Positions 27,979 to 36,920 are shown, counted from the stretch's first letter. The stretch is DNA of 64,000 nt from Deferribacterales bacterium (GCA_050251945.1 JBFWLW010000004.1:128001-192000), one strand, 5' to 3'. The notes: generated by a model from the sequence alone, not told the origin. Translations and numbers: made by a program.

Positions 27979-28986
27979 TTAATTGACGGGAATGCCAAGC
28001 GCAGCACGAACCTTTTCAGGGTAATGTTTCTCATAAAAGAAGTAGTTTGAAAACAGCAGAATATCGTTTCCTGCACCTCTGGCCAGTTTAACCGTATTCT
28101 CAAAGCTGTAGTTGTCGGCGATTGCCCCCATCTGAAGATCATCACTTATTACAAACCCTTTGAAACCCATATTGTGAAGCAATGAGATTGTCTTTTCTGA
28201 CAAAGTTGCAGGGTAGTAGGGATCAATCTTTGAATTATAAACATGCGCTGTCATGATCATGTCGGCATAGCCGTCCGCGATAAGCCTTCGGAACGGCTCA
28301 AGCTCAATACTGCTCCATGTTTCGGAAACATCAGTGAACCCCTGATGCGAATCCTTCTTTGCGCTGCCATGACCGGGGAAATGTTTAAGGCAGGTCAGGA
28401 TGCCGTATTTTCTGTGGGCATTGATAAAAGCTTTCGCGTATTCAACCACAACATCTGCATCGGCAGAATAACTCCTCTCTTTTGCGCCGATTACAGGTGA
28501 TTCAGGATTGATATTAAGGTCTGTTACAGGGGCAAAATTAACGTTAAAACCAACGTCTGCAAGGTCTCTTGCGGTGAGTTCATATATTTGTTCAGCCTGA
28601 TCCGGTGTCATATTGCTGGAAATATATTGAGCCGTCGGCTCTTCCGTAAACCCCTTTTCAACGGTCAGTCTCTGCACTTTGCCGCCCTCTTCGTCAACTG
28701 CGATTAAAAGCGGGACGAACGAATGATTATGGCTGTTAAGCTCTGCAATAAGCCGCTTAACCTGTTTTCTGGACTCAATGTTATAACCATAGAACACAAC
28801 ACCGGCAACAAGACCTTTTTCAATCTGATCCTTAAGCTCTTTAAGTTCACTATCTTTATAGTCTGTGGCATGGAAACCGACCATGACCATGCGCTTTGAC
28901 ACAACATTTTTATCTATTGCGGATGTGTCGGCAAATGAGCTGTAAAATGTTGATAATATAAATATAATAATAGACAATTTTTTCAC
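27979..28986 (-). CDS. secreted glycoside hydrolase family 3 (beta-N-acetylhexosaminidase, NagZ-like)
   Basis: Signal peptide; DEEGG.VQRL, NFAPV.D, KHFPGHG...DSH, MTAH, ISDDL.MGA. Confidence 0.93.
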   Translation of the reverse strand: MKKLSIIIFILSTFYSSFADTSAIDKNVVSKRMVMVGFHATDYKDSELKELKDQIEKGLVAGVVFYGYNIESRKQVKRLIAELNSHNHSFVPLLIAVDEEGGKVQRLTVEKGFTEEPTAQYISSNMTPDQAEQIYELTARDLADVGFNVNFAPVTDLNINPESPVIGAKERSYSADADVVVEYAKAFINAHRKYGILTCLKHFPGHGSAKKDSHQGFTDVSETWSSIELEPFRRLIADGYADMIMTAHVYNSKIDPYYPATLSEKTISLLHNMGFKGFVISDDLQMGAIADNYSFENTVKLARGAGNDILLFSNYFFYEKHYPEKVRAALGIPVN

Positions 28987-29050
28987 GGTAACATAACTCC
29001 AAGAAAATTTTCTTTTTCTTCAATTCGTTTGAAAACGCCTCAGCTGTTTT

Positions 29051-29413
29051 TTAATAATTAATGCCCAAAACAAAGCATACTCCGTAAGTGACTGTGGTTT
29101 CATTGGAAATCGTGGTCATGTCGGCCGCAACTCCGTCAGTGAAAAAACCGTATCCCCAAATGAAACATATTGCGGCTCCCCAGCCGCCTCCTGCTATCCT
29201 TTGCAGTTCTTCTTCAGACAGTTCAGAGTTTTTTAGCTCTTCTTTCGCCTGGTTGAGGTCTTCAGTTGTAAACGGATAACCTGCCTGTGCTGCCGCATCC
29301 AGAATTGAGTCGGGGTTGCCTTTTTCCAGTTTTTCGTTTTTCAGAAAAACGTTGCGGAAATCCTCTTCCTCTTCGATTCGTTTGAAAAACGCTTTTACGT
29401 TCTCAACTGACAT
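29051..29413 (-). CDS. Nif11-leader RiPP precursor P15
   Basis: ...LQRIAGG; core GWGAAICFIWGYGFFTDGVAADMTTISNETTVTYGVCFVLGINY. Confidence 0.92.
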   Translation of the reverse strand: MSVENVKAFFKRIEEEEDFRNVFLKNEKLEKGNPDSILDAAAQAGYPFTTEDLNQAKEELKNSELSEEELQRIAGGGWGAAICFIWGYGFFTDGVAADMTTISNETTVTYGVCFVLGINY

Positions 29414-29468
29414 AAATTTCTCCTTGTAATAATTTGATAAAGTAACCTAAGACACAAGAGTGACTATG

Positions 29469-29744
29469 TTACGAGTTAATGCCTATCGGAGAGCATTTGC
29501 CACTGATCAGTGGGATCCCGCCTGCAACTTTTTGAAGTTGGTCATCGGTAAGTTCAATGTTGTTGATTTCATTCTTGGCAAGCTCAAATTCTTCCTTTGT
29601 GAAAGGATAACCGACATCGCCGGCCGCTTTAAAAACCGAATCAGGATTCTCTTTTTCAAGTGATTTGTGCTGCACTAATTCGCTGCGGAAATCCTCATCC
29701 GTTTCCAGACGGCTAAAGAACGCTTTAACGTTTTCAATTGACAT
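29469..29744 (-). CDS. Nif11-leader RiPP precursor P16
   Basis: ...LQKVAGG; core IPLISGKCSPIGINS. Confidence 0.9.
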   Translation of the reverse strand: MSIENVKAFFSRLETDEDFRSELVQHKSLEKENPDSVFKAAGDVGYPFTKEEFELAKNEINNIELTDDQLQKVAGGIPLISGKCSPIGINS

Positions 29745-29796
29745 AGATTCTCCATAAAGCTCAGTCAGTCGACGGCTTCTGCCTTAGACTGCAATT

Positions 29797-30063
29797 TTAG
29801 TTGACTATATTGCCGCAGCCGTAAACATAACTCATTCCTCCGCTGACCTTATCAAGCTGGTCTTCGGACAGTATTCTGTTATTGATTTCGTTTTTGGCAA
29901 TTTCAACTTCCTCAGCAGTGAAAATGAATCCTGCCTGCGCTGCCAGCGTTATGACAGATCCGATATTATCTTTTACCAATCTGTCATTTTTTAAGAATTC
30001 TTCTCTGAAATCTTTGTCCTCTTCCAGACGTTTAAAGAATGCATTTGCGCTTTCAATTGACAT
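29797..30063 (-). CDS. Nif11-leader RiPP precursor P17
   Basis: ...LDKVSGG; core MSYVYGCGNIVN. Confidence 0.9.
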   Translation of the reverse strand: MSIESANAFFKRLEEDKDFREEFLKNDRLVKDNIGSVITLAAQAGFIFTAEEVEIAKNEINNRILSEDQLDKVSGGMSYVYGCGNIVN

Positions 30064-30164
30064 TGTTCTCTCCTTACAGGCTGTTCTACATATTCAGACG
30101 ACAAAACCATCCGGCAGTTACATGGATATTTATTTTATCAGGATATGATTTATAAACTCAACAA

Positions 30165-30178
30165 ACTATAGGGTAGGT
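30165..30178 (-). promoter_or_regulatory. lux-box-like site 2 (upstream of P17-P15-GH3)
   Basis: ACCTACCCTATAGT, 3 nt, TTGAGT-18-TAAAAT on the minus strand. Confidence 0.65.
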
Positions 30179-30215
30179 TTGCGCTGATCGCCCGTAACTT
30201 AAACGCCGGTAAATC

Positions 30216-32522
30216 CTATTTGTCGGAAGTCAGAAACAGAAATATACCGGAAGCGAGCAGAAAAAGAAGTCCTACCGCAAAAAGCCCCTTGTCCATAGCT
30301 GTGAAGGAGAACAGTGCGCCCAGAATCAGAGGACCCAGCATCTGACCGAGTTTGTCGGTCGTTCTCTGGAGGCTCACGGCAGATCCGGTTCCGATATATT
30401 TTGACGCTTCCTGTTCATAAGCGTAGACCATCTGCGTCGAACCGAGAATACTGCTGGAAATACCCATGAGGAACAGTGCGACCCCGACGGCAGCGACTCC
30501 CTTTATCATTATTATGATCAGGAGACTGATTCCGCCTATCGCCCCTCCGGTGAAGATCACAAGTCTGCGTTTGTGCCTGAATCTGTCGGAGAGTCTGCCG
30601 ATGTAAGGTGAAAGGTAGACAACGGTTGCTCCGTAGACCATCATAACCCTGCCTATGTTCGATTGACTGACGTTCAGGCTGTGCAGATAAACAGGTGTTG
30701 CAAACAGCAAAAGCCCCATCTGGCAAAGGGAGTAGGGAATGATTGAAAAAGTGAACACCGCAAAAATCCTTTTATCGGAAACATATTGATGCATCTGAGC
30801 TAGGGTTTCATAAATCGGAACGGAAAATGAACCGTGCGGTTTTTCGAAGTATGATTTCATAAAGATAAGCGTAAAAATAAGGGGTATGGTCATCAATGCC
30901 GCAGAACACCAGAATACCGCCGTGAAGCCTATTCTTTCGGCTAACATTGCGCCGACCGCACCGCCTGAAATATGTCCGGTAATTATTCCGGCAACGAGTG
31001 ATGCCGTGTTTGCCGATCTGTTTTCATTATCGGAATTTTTCAGCACGAAGGTGATGGCTGCCGTCCATGTAAGCCCGTATCCTGCACCCGATACGCACCT
31101 TGCGAAAATAAAGGATGATACGTCGGATGCGGCGGCAGAGAAAGCCGCCCCCATAAGGCTGACTGCGCAGCCTGCTATGAACGGTTCCTGCCAGCCCCGC
31201 CTGTCCATCCACCAGCCTGCAAGAAAAATCATGGGAAGAGTGGCGGTTATTTCCGCCGAAACGGGGAGGCTGCTTAAAAACTGCGAGAATGAGGACATAA
31301 CTCCGGATGCCGCTACGAGGCTTTTCATATGCAGCGGGATAAAGGACACTGCAAAAGTTGATGCAAAAAGATATGTCGCGGCTGCCGTGCGCATGAGTTT
31401 CGGTTCGCCTTGTTCTGACGCCGCCGCATTAACACTTTTCCTTGTGAATGCGAAGAGGAAAATGAGAAGTTCCGTCGCGAACATCAGCGATATGACAAAA
31501 ATAGTCAGCCCGTCCATCAGCAGTTTGCGGCTGATATCGCCGAGATATTTATCGGAAACGCTCACGCGTATAAACCCATCGATCTTGTTTTGTCCTCCGA
31601 AAGTGTTTTTGATTGGTTTCAGATCAGTTATATCTGCTGAAACAGATTTTACGGATTCAGTTGTATAGAGCAGCTTCATTCCCGAATCGAAAATGTCGGA
31701 TGAGCCTATTTCGGGAGTGTATGATGTAACCTTTTTCTGGGATTCGTTTATGCCCGCCAGTTTTGAAATCCGCACTCCTTTGGAAAGGAGCATCTCGATA
31801 TCTTTTCTGAACGACTGTTCGATAAACCCGGCGTTCACGGCGGCGTGCGCTCTGTTTTCATGCTCCGATTTGGATGAGATCAGGCAGATGAACACTATCT
31901 GGCTCAGAACCACGATTCCGATAACCGATGCGGCTACGGCGCCCCTTGAAAAACCTTCAGAGAGGCTGTGCCTGAAAAAGAGTTTCAGCAGAAGAAGCAG
32001 CATTAAGAGTGAAGAGGTGATGACGAGAATCAGTGTCTGCAGAGTCCATGTAACTATTCTCTTTGTGGCTTCTTTCACCGTATCATCCGCAGCCAGCAGG
32101 TTCATAACCGCAACAGTTTTACCCGATGCGTCTTTCATCGGCATGGCAAGCAGATACCCTTCTTCAAGCTTAACGCTGCCTTCGGCGGTCACTGCTTTTG
32201 TTCCTTTGCCGTGGAGCTTCCTGCCATCGGGGGAATAAACGGAAATATCCATGACCCCGGCATTATCTTTTATTGTCTGATCCAGCAGTTTTCCCAGACC
32301 CAGAAAGCTGTTGATTTCCTTGCCGAAATAGAGTGCGCCTTCAATGTCCCTCACCAGCTTAAGCTCAATGATGCGGAACTTTGAAAGATACATATCCTCG
32401 AAATTTTTCTGATATGAAAGAATTGATATGGCTGCGCAGAAGAACTGCGAGGCCATGATAACCACCAGAAGAAGCAGAATTATGAAAGACTTCAGTTTAA
32501 CGTTGTCACTTAATGCTGTCAT
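30216..32522 (-). CDS. MFS transporter fused to N-terminal extracytoplasmic domains
   Basis: Last ~400 aa are MFS-like (GWWMDRRGW, GRLSDRFR); the first ~360 aa have TM-loop-TM twice with related K.DIE..L..G segments. Confidence 0.8.
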   Translation of the reverse strand: MTALSDNVKLKSFIILLLLVVIMASQFFCAAISILSYQKNFEDMYLSKFRIIELKLVRDIEGALYFGKEINSFLGLGKLLDQTIKDNAGVMDISVYSPDGRKLHGKGTKAVTAEGSVKLEEGYLLAMPMKDASGKTVAVMNLLAADDTVKEATKRIVTWTLQTLILVITSSLLMLLLLLKLFFRHSLSEGFSRGAVAASVIGIVVLSQIVFICLISSKSEHENRAHAAVNAGFIEQSFRKDIEMLLSKGVRISKLAGINESQKKVTSYTPEIGSSDIFDSGMKLLYTTESVKSVSADITDLKPIKNTFGGQNKIDGFIRVSVSDKYLGDISRKLLMDGLTIFVISLMFATELLIFLFAFTRKSVNAAASEQGEPKLMRTAAATYLFASTFAVSFIPLHMKSLVAASGVMSSFSQFLSSLPVSAEITATLPMIFLAGWWMDRRGWQEPFIAGCAVSLMGAAFSAAASDVSSFIFARCVSGAGYGLTWTAAITFVLKNSDNENRSANTASLVAGIITGHISGGAVGAMLAERIGFTAVFWCSAALMTIPLIFTLIFMKSYFEKPHGSFSVPIYETLAQMHQYVSDKRIFAVFTFSIIPYSLCQMGLLLFATPVYLHSLNVSQSNIGRVMMVYGATVVYLSPYIGRLSDRFRHKRRLVIFTGGAIGGISLLIIIMIKGVAAVGVALFLMGISSSILGSTQMVYAYEQEASKYIGTGSAVSLQRTTDKLGQMLGPLILGALFSFTAMDKGLFAVGLLFLLASGIFLFLTSDK

Positions 32523-33630
32523 AAAGCCTGTCCGCTGCTTTTAATATTTCAAACGGGGGATTCCATCTGATTTTTTCTGCCGTGGCAATATTTAAGGCTA
32601 TGAGAGCCGGAGCATTCCAGATCATGGGGATACTCCCGGGTTTTTTTCCGTGAAAAATCTGTGCGATAACATCTGCGTGAAAGGCTCCGGCATGACTGAA
32701 CCCTGCCTGCGAAACGCTCATGAGAATGCCCGCCGCTACCTCGTTTTCGCCGCGCTGAGAGAAGGACGGTTTTTTTGCTTTTATAAGTATATCAACGAGT
32801 TTGGAAATATTGTCGTCAGTAATGCCTCTGTGCACTGTGACATAAACTGCATCCGCCTGCCTGACCAGTTTTGAGTAGCAGCTGAGAGCGTTCTGTTCTG
32901 CCTGCTCCTGTGAAATCCCTGAAAACGGAGCCTGGCATATGATCATCCGGAATTTAAGTTTTTTTGACAGAGCGGCTATGTCGTTGTATGCGCTGTATGT
33001 CCGCCCCTCTTCGGAATCCTCCATGATAAATCCGAGTTTTCTGAACCCTGTCAGAGAGTGGAACAGTTCCACCTGTTTTCTGTATCTGTCGGGTTCAACT
33101 TTTGCATGGAGGTGTGCGAAACCAGAATCTGTCGCACTTTTGATGATTTTCGATCCGATTGGATCGGATGTTGAAGCGACAATCGTCGGGACATTCATAT
33201 TCTTGTCCGCCATGTCCTGCCCTGCCCAAGTCCCCATTGCGATTATCAGATTTAAATCTTTTTTGGTTTTGATGCGCTGTCCGAGTGATTTCTTTGCAGC
33301 TATGCGTTTTTCAGGATCGAAACAGGAACTGTAGTAAGCATCGGGGACGAACTGAACGTATTCGCTTTTAATATTCGTGCAGATCCATTTCCAGAATTCT
33401 GCATGGGTTTTAAAGTTTTTATCGGAAAAAGTTTTTTTTTGTACCCAGCCTTTGTTCATCATGCCTCTTATAATCTGTGAGAGGATAAGGCTGTAGTCCG
33501 GATAGTCACCGCTTTCAAAATAACCGATGCGCCATTTTTCTCCGTCCGGTCTTCTGACAGGTGAAGAATCAGCATAGACGCTGAATGACGAGAGAAACAG
33601 CAATAATATGACAATGTATTTAGTGATCAT
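32506..33630 (-). CDS. periplasmic solute-binding protein (ABC_sub_bind-like)
   Basis: Signal peptide; IIAMGT.A, SDPI.S.II, A.IF.GKKPG.IP, LNI.TA..I. Confidence 0.8.
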   Translation of the reverse strand: MITKYIVILLLFLSSFSVYADSSPVRRPDGEKWRIGYFESGDYPDYSLILSQIIRGMMNKGWVQKKTFSDKNFKTHAEFWKWICTNIKSEYVQFVPDAYYSSCFDPEKRIAAKKSLGQRIKTKKDLNLIIAMGTWAGQDMADKNMNVPTIVASTSDPIGSKIIKSATDSGFAHLHAKVEPDRYRKQVELFHSLTGFRKLGFIMEDSEEGRTYSAYNDIAALSKKLKFRMIICQAPFSGISQEQAEQNALSCYSKLVRQADAVYVTVHRGITDDNISKLVDILIKAKKPSFSQRGENEVAAGILMSVSQAGFSHAGAFHADVIAQIFHGKKPGSIPMIWNAPALIALNIATAEKIRWNPPFEILKAADRLYDSIK

Positions 33631-34808
33631 TTGGCAATTTCAAAACTGCCGTTATGCATAACTTTAACCATAATAGGTCTGCCTGTGGGATCCCCTTTTT
33701 TATCAAAGCTGTATTGTCCGGTGAGACCTTTGTAATTTTTCAGATTATGCAGGGCATCCGCAACTTTTGAAGGCACTGTTGTGTTTGCCTGACGTATTCC
33801 TTCCGCCAGCACGTTTACGGCATCAAACCCCTGAGCCGCCCCGATGTCAGGTTTTTTACCGTACTTTTTAATGAATTCTGCGGAAAAACTTTTTACAGCC
33901 GGATAGTCGGCATCCGGATGGAAAACTGATGCCGCATAAACTCCTTCCGCATATTTTCCGGCAATCTGTGTGAGCATGGGGTGGTCGAGTGCGTCACCGC
34001 CGAGTATGGGAACATCAATGCCAAGCTTTCTTATTTCGGATATTATCTCTGCCGCTTTAGGCATTATCCCTATGAGAACGATGGCTCTGAATCTGTAGTT
34101 GTTCTTCCAGTATAAAATATCCTGTCTTATCTGTTCCGTGTTGATGGTTGAGTCGTATGACTGGCGGTCGAGAATCTTAAGTCCAAGCTCTTCGGCTTTA
34201 ATCTCAAAGGCATTGCTCTGCCCCTGACCGAAATCATCCCTTATCTGATAGATAAGAATGTCGTCTATGCCGTGTTTTTTGCAGTATTCGGCTATTCCTC
34301 TGCCGAAGCCTGCATCATTGGGGATATTGCGAAAGACCAGACCGTATCCCTGCGACGTAAGTTTCGGGTTTGTGGACAGAGGGGAGAGCATGAGCAGCCC
34401 GTTATACTGATACATTATTGAGGCTGGAATTGATATGAACGAGTTTGAGTGCCCTATAACTGCCACCATATCGGTATTTTCTGAGAATTCCTGTGCAATG
34501 AGCTGTCCCTGCTCAGCAGTCCTTTTATCGTCACCCCAGACAACTTTGATTTTTCTCCCGTTCAGCAGACCGCCGGAGGCGTTTATTCTGTCCGTTGAGA
34601 GGCTGATTCCCTGCATGAGAAGGTTTCTCTTTTCGCTCCATGGACCTGCTGCTCCTATGATTATGTCGCCTTTTGCTTTTTCGGCTTTAGCGGCACGCTG
34701 CTTTGCAGGAGTGTCCCCGCTTCCGCACGAGAAGCTCAGGAGAGAAACTGTAATACAGACTGCAATCAGTACGGCATATCTGATTGCCCTTTTGAGCACT
34801 AAAGGCAT
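33627..34808 (-). CDS. branched-chain amino acid-type solute-binding lipoprotein (LivJ/K-like)
   Basis: Lipobox-like FSC; INA.GG.L.GRKI....DD, VIGH..S, ST.P.L, YKGLTG...FD..GD. Confidence 0.9.
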   Translation of the reverse strand: MPLVLKRAIRYAVLIAVCITVSLLSFSCGSGDTPAKQRAAKAEKAKGDIIIGAAGPWSEKRNLLMQGISLSTDRINASGGLLNGRKIKVVWGDDKRTAEQGQLIAQEFSENTDMVAVIGHSNSFISIPASIMYQYNGLLMLSPLSTNPKLTSQGYGLVFRNIPNDAGFGRGIAEYCKKHGIDDILIYQIRDDFGQGQSNAFEIKAEELGLKILDRQSYDSTINTEQIRQDILYWKNNYRFRAIVLIGIMPKAAEIISEIRKLGIDVPILGGDALDHPMLTQIAGKYAEGVYAASVFHPDADYPAVKSFSAEFIKKYGKKPDIGAAQGFDAVNVLAEGIRQANTTVPSKVADALHNLKNYKGLTGQYSFDKKGDPTGRPIMVKVMHNGSFEIAK

Positions 34809-34832
34809 AAAAACTCCTTGAAAACTGCCACG

Positions 34833-36314
34833 TCAGCGGTTCACCGGATGAACAGGTATTATGTCTCTGCATATCCGGCTCATCAGTATGTTCTGAATTC
34901 TTTCGTGCACTGTTCCGCCGGATCCGGAAAATATTTTTAATGCTTTCTGGGCTGAATTCATTCCTGAGTCAATTACAGATTCAGGGTATGCAAGCATCTG
35001 TTTTTCTTCGCTGTTCAGCCCTTCGGAGGCAATATCAAGAGCTTTTTCACACAGGTTGCGGATACTTATACCGCCGAAAGCGGCGTTCATCCCGTCAATG
35101 ACGGCTCCTTTTCTGAGCCCTGCTATATTTTTCCATCCTGTCGAGCGGATAAGCTCAAAAGCCTCTTCATGATTTTGCAGAAGTCCCTTTTGTAAAGCGC
35201 TTGATGATATTATAACCGAGTCCGCCACTCTTTGCGTCATATCTTTTGAGGGAAGATTCGTGCATGGAACACGACCTTCGATGTAGCTGTAATCACAGTT
35301 TGATATAAAGAAAGATGCAAACTCTGCGGCTCCGGCATCAATGGCTTTTATGAAACGGTCAGCGGGGATATCCTGTTTGAACCCGTATCTGATTCTCGCA
35401 TCGGAAAACTGAGCGAACTGATGATATTCGGCATGAAATGCCTGCGGAGTTATCTCGATTTCTTCGCCGGTGTAAAGCTCGTTTGCTTTCCATCGCTTCT
35501 GTCTTAAAAAATCAAAAACGCACGGATTTTCAGGAATCACATAAAGAGAGTTGTTCTCTTTGAAATGAGACGGCATCTTCTGAACTGCGTGCATCACTGT
35601 GCCGTCTCCCATCATCCACCGGAAGTATTCCAGAAGGCTGTCAAAAGGTTTCTGCGGAAACCGGCAGGTTTTCAGGTCACTTTCAAAATACGTTTGACTG
35701 AACATTCTGTTCCACATGTTCAGTCTGTCGGCACAATAACCTGTCGGAAGCCCGTTTCCGAATGCGCTGTTACCGTAGACTGCAATAAAAACAGGGCTGA
35801 AAGCCATTACGATATTCAGTGCGTCCAGTGAATCTTCCGGTTTTATGCCTGTGCACGGGCTTGTCTGTGCTTTTGCGTTTATACCTGTACAGTGCTTCCA
35901 GTTTCTGAATTTGTTCCAGTAGTCGTATATGGGTCTTCTAAGCCTGAACCTTTGGTAAGCTTCTTCCGAACACTCCTGCAAAGGGTGTTCCGCTATGTTG
36001 AGAACAGCCATGCCTTTATCGTCGAGAACGCTTAGAACATTGTTCAGCGCAGAGTTTATTTCTTTGTTCAGGTCCCGCAGTCCGCAGCCGGAATCGCTGA
36101 ACGGTCCGACGGACAGCTCGGCGTTGTTGTATCCGTTGTCGTATCCTATTACGGCAAGACCCTGTTTGCAGCTGAATACGGATTTTCGTACTGTTTCGTT
36201 CTGAAACGAACCGCTGCATATATCGTCGACCATTGAAAATGCTGCCGCACTCTTTCCGTCGGTTTTATAAACCACCGGAAGTTCGACTTCCGCTCCGCAG
36301 GATAGTATTTTCAT
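34833..36314 (-). CDS. glutamate-cysteine ligase (GCS2/GshA)-like carboxylate-amine ligase
   Basis: GAEVE, NNAELS.GP, AQTS, A.YGNS.F..G..TG...R...W, DARIR, YIEGR follow the order of GCS-family motifs. Confidence 0.7.
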   Translation of the reverse strand: MKILSCGAEVELPVVYKTDGKSAAAFSMVDDICSGSFQNETVRKSVFSCKQGLAVIGYDNGYNNAELSVGPFSDSGCGLRDLNKEINSALNNVLSVLDDKGMAVLNIAEHPLQECSEEAYQRFRLRRPIYDYWNKFRNWKHCTGINAKAQTSPCTGIKPEDSLDALNIVMAFSPVFIAVYGNSAFGNGLPTGYCADRLNMWNRMFSQTYFESDLKTCRFPQKPFDSLLEYFRWMMGDGTVMHAVQKMPSHFKENNSLYVIPENPCVFDFLRQKRWKANELYTGEEIEITPQAFHAEYHQFAQFSDARIRYGFKQDIPADRFIKAIDAGAAEFASFFISNCDYSYIEGRVPCTNLPSKDMTQRVADSVIISSSALQKGLLQNHEEAFELIRSTGWKNIAGLRKGAVIDGMNAAFGGISIRNLCEKALDIASEGLNSEEKQMLAYPESVIDSGMNSAQKALKIFSGSGGTVHERIQNILMSRICRDIIPVHPVNR

Positions 36315-36358
36315 TGATATGTTTTCCTTAGCTATTTTTAAATAAATTAATTAAGAGA

Positions 36359-36550
36359 TTATTGGCTACTCTGCTCTTTTAAAACACGTCTTATATCTTC
36401 GTCTGTGAATTCATAGCCTTTTTCAGCCACAAACAAAAACAGGCTCTCTGCTTTATTGTCTTTAAGTCTTTTGTCCTGCATAAATTCTGTTCTGAATTCT
36501 GCATCAGTTTCAAGCCTTTTGACGAAATTCAAAACGTTTTCCACGGACAT
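36359..36550 (-). CDS. core-less Nif11 leader-only peptide (63 aa)
   Basis: AAGGAG RBS; MSVENVLNFVKRLETDAEFR...A.EKGYEFTDEDIRRVLKEQSSQ*; no ELxxxxLxxVxGG motif and no core. Confidence 0.8.
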   Translation of the reverse strand: MSVENVLNFVKRLETDAEFRTEFMQDKRLKDNKAESLFLFVAEKGYEFTDEDIRRVLKEQSSQ

Positions 36551-36649
36551 GGGTGACTCCTTGCTCGGAACCGACAATACCGACGGATTATTAATAACCG
36601 GATAAAAATGCATTCTATTTTTACTCGCTATATTGATAAAATCAATTAG

Positions 36650-36663
36650 ACTTTCGGGTAGGT
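36650..36663 (-). promoter_or_regulatory. lux-box-like site 3 (upstream of the leader-only/ligase operon)
   Basis: ACCTACCCGAAAGT, 4 nt, TTGATT, then an AT-rich -10-like segment 16-17 nt further on. Confidence 0.65.
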
Positions 36664-36704
36664 GCTTGCTGATTCAGTAATATTTGTTTGAGAAAGGATG
36701 ATTC

Positions 36705-36739
36705 AGCCGCACTGTGGCTGTTGAACAGGCGGCTTTTTT
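36705..36739 (+). terminator. intrinsic terminator-like hairpin at the right edge of the RiPP cluster
   Basis: AGCCGC-a-CTGT...ACAG-GCGGCT followed by TTTTT. Confidence 0.55.
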
Positions 36740-36920
36740 GTTTCCACGAATTTTTTGCGCTGGTATCAGATTTGCCCATTGTAATGGTATCAGTTTGGCT
36801 TTGTGTTTGTATTGTGTTGGTTACAAAAGGATTTATTGATTCAAACCCTTGCCGTGAAAATTAAACAATATCATTTAAATACCTGAAGAAAAATATATAA
36901 TAAATAAAAACAATGACGGC

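Noticed and set aside
19471..30063. Diversity-generating retroelement as the source of core variation
   Set aside because: No reverse transcriptase in the window, and cores differ in length and throughout their sequence rather than only at adenines.
19471..30063. Lanthipeptide or TOMM assignment
   Set aside because: No LanB/C/M or YcaO gene in the window; a trans-acting enzyme elsewhere cannot be excluded.
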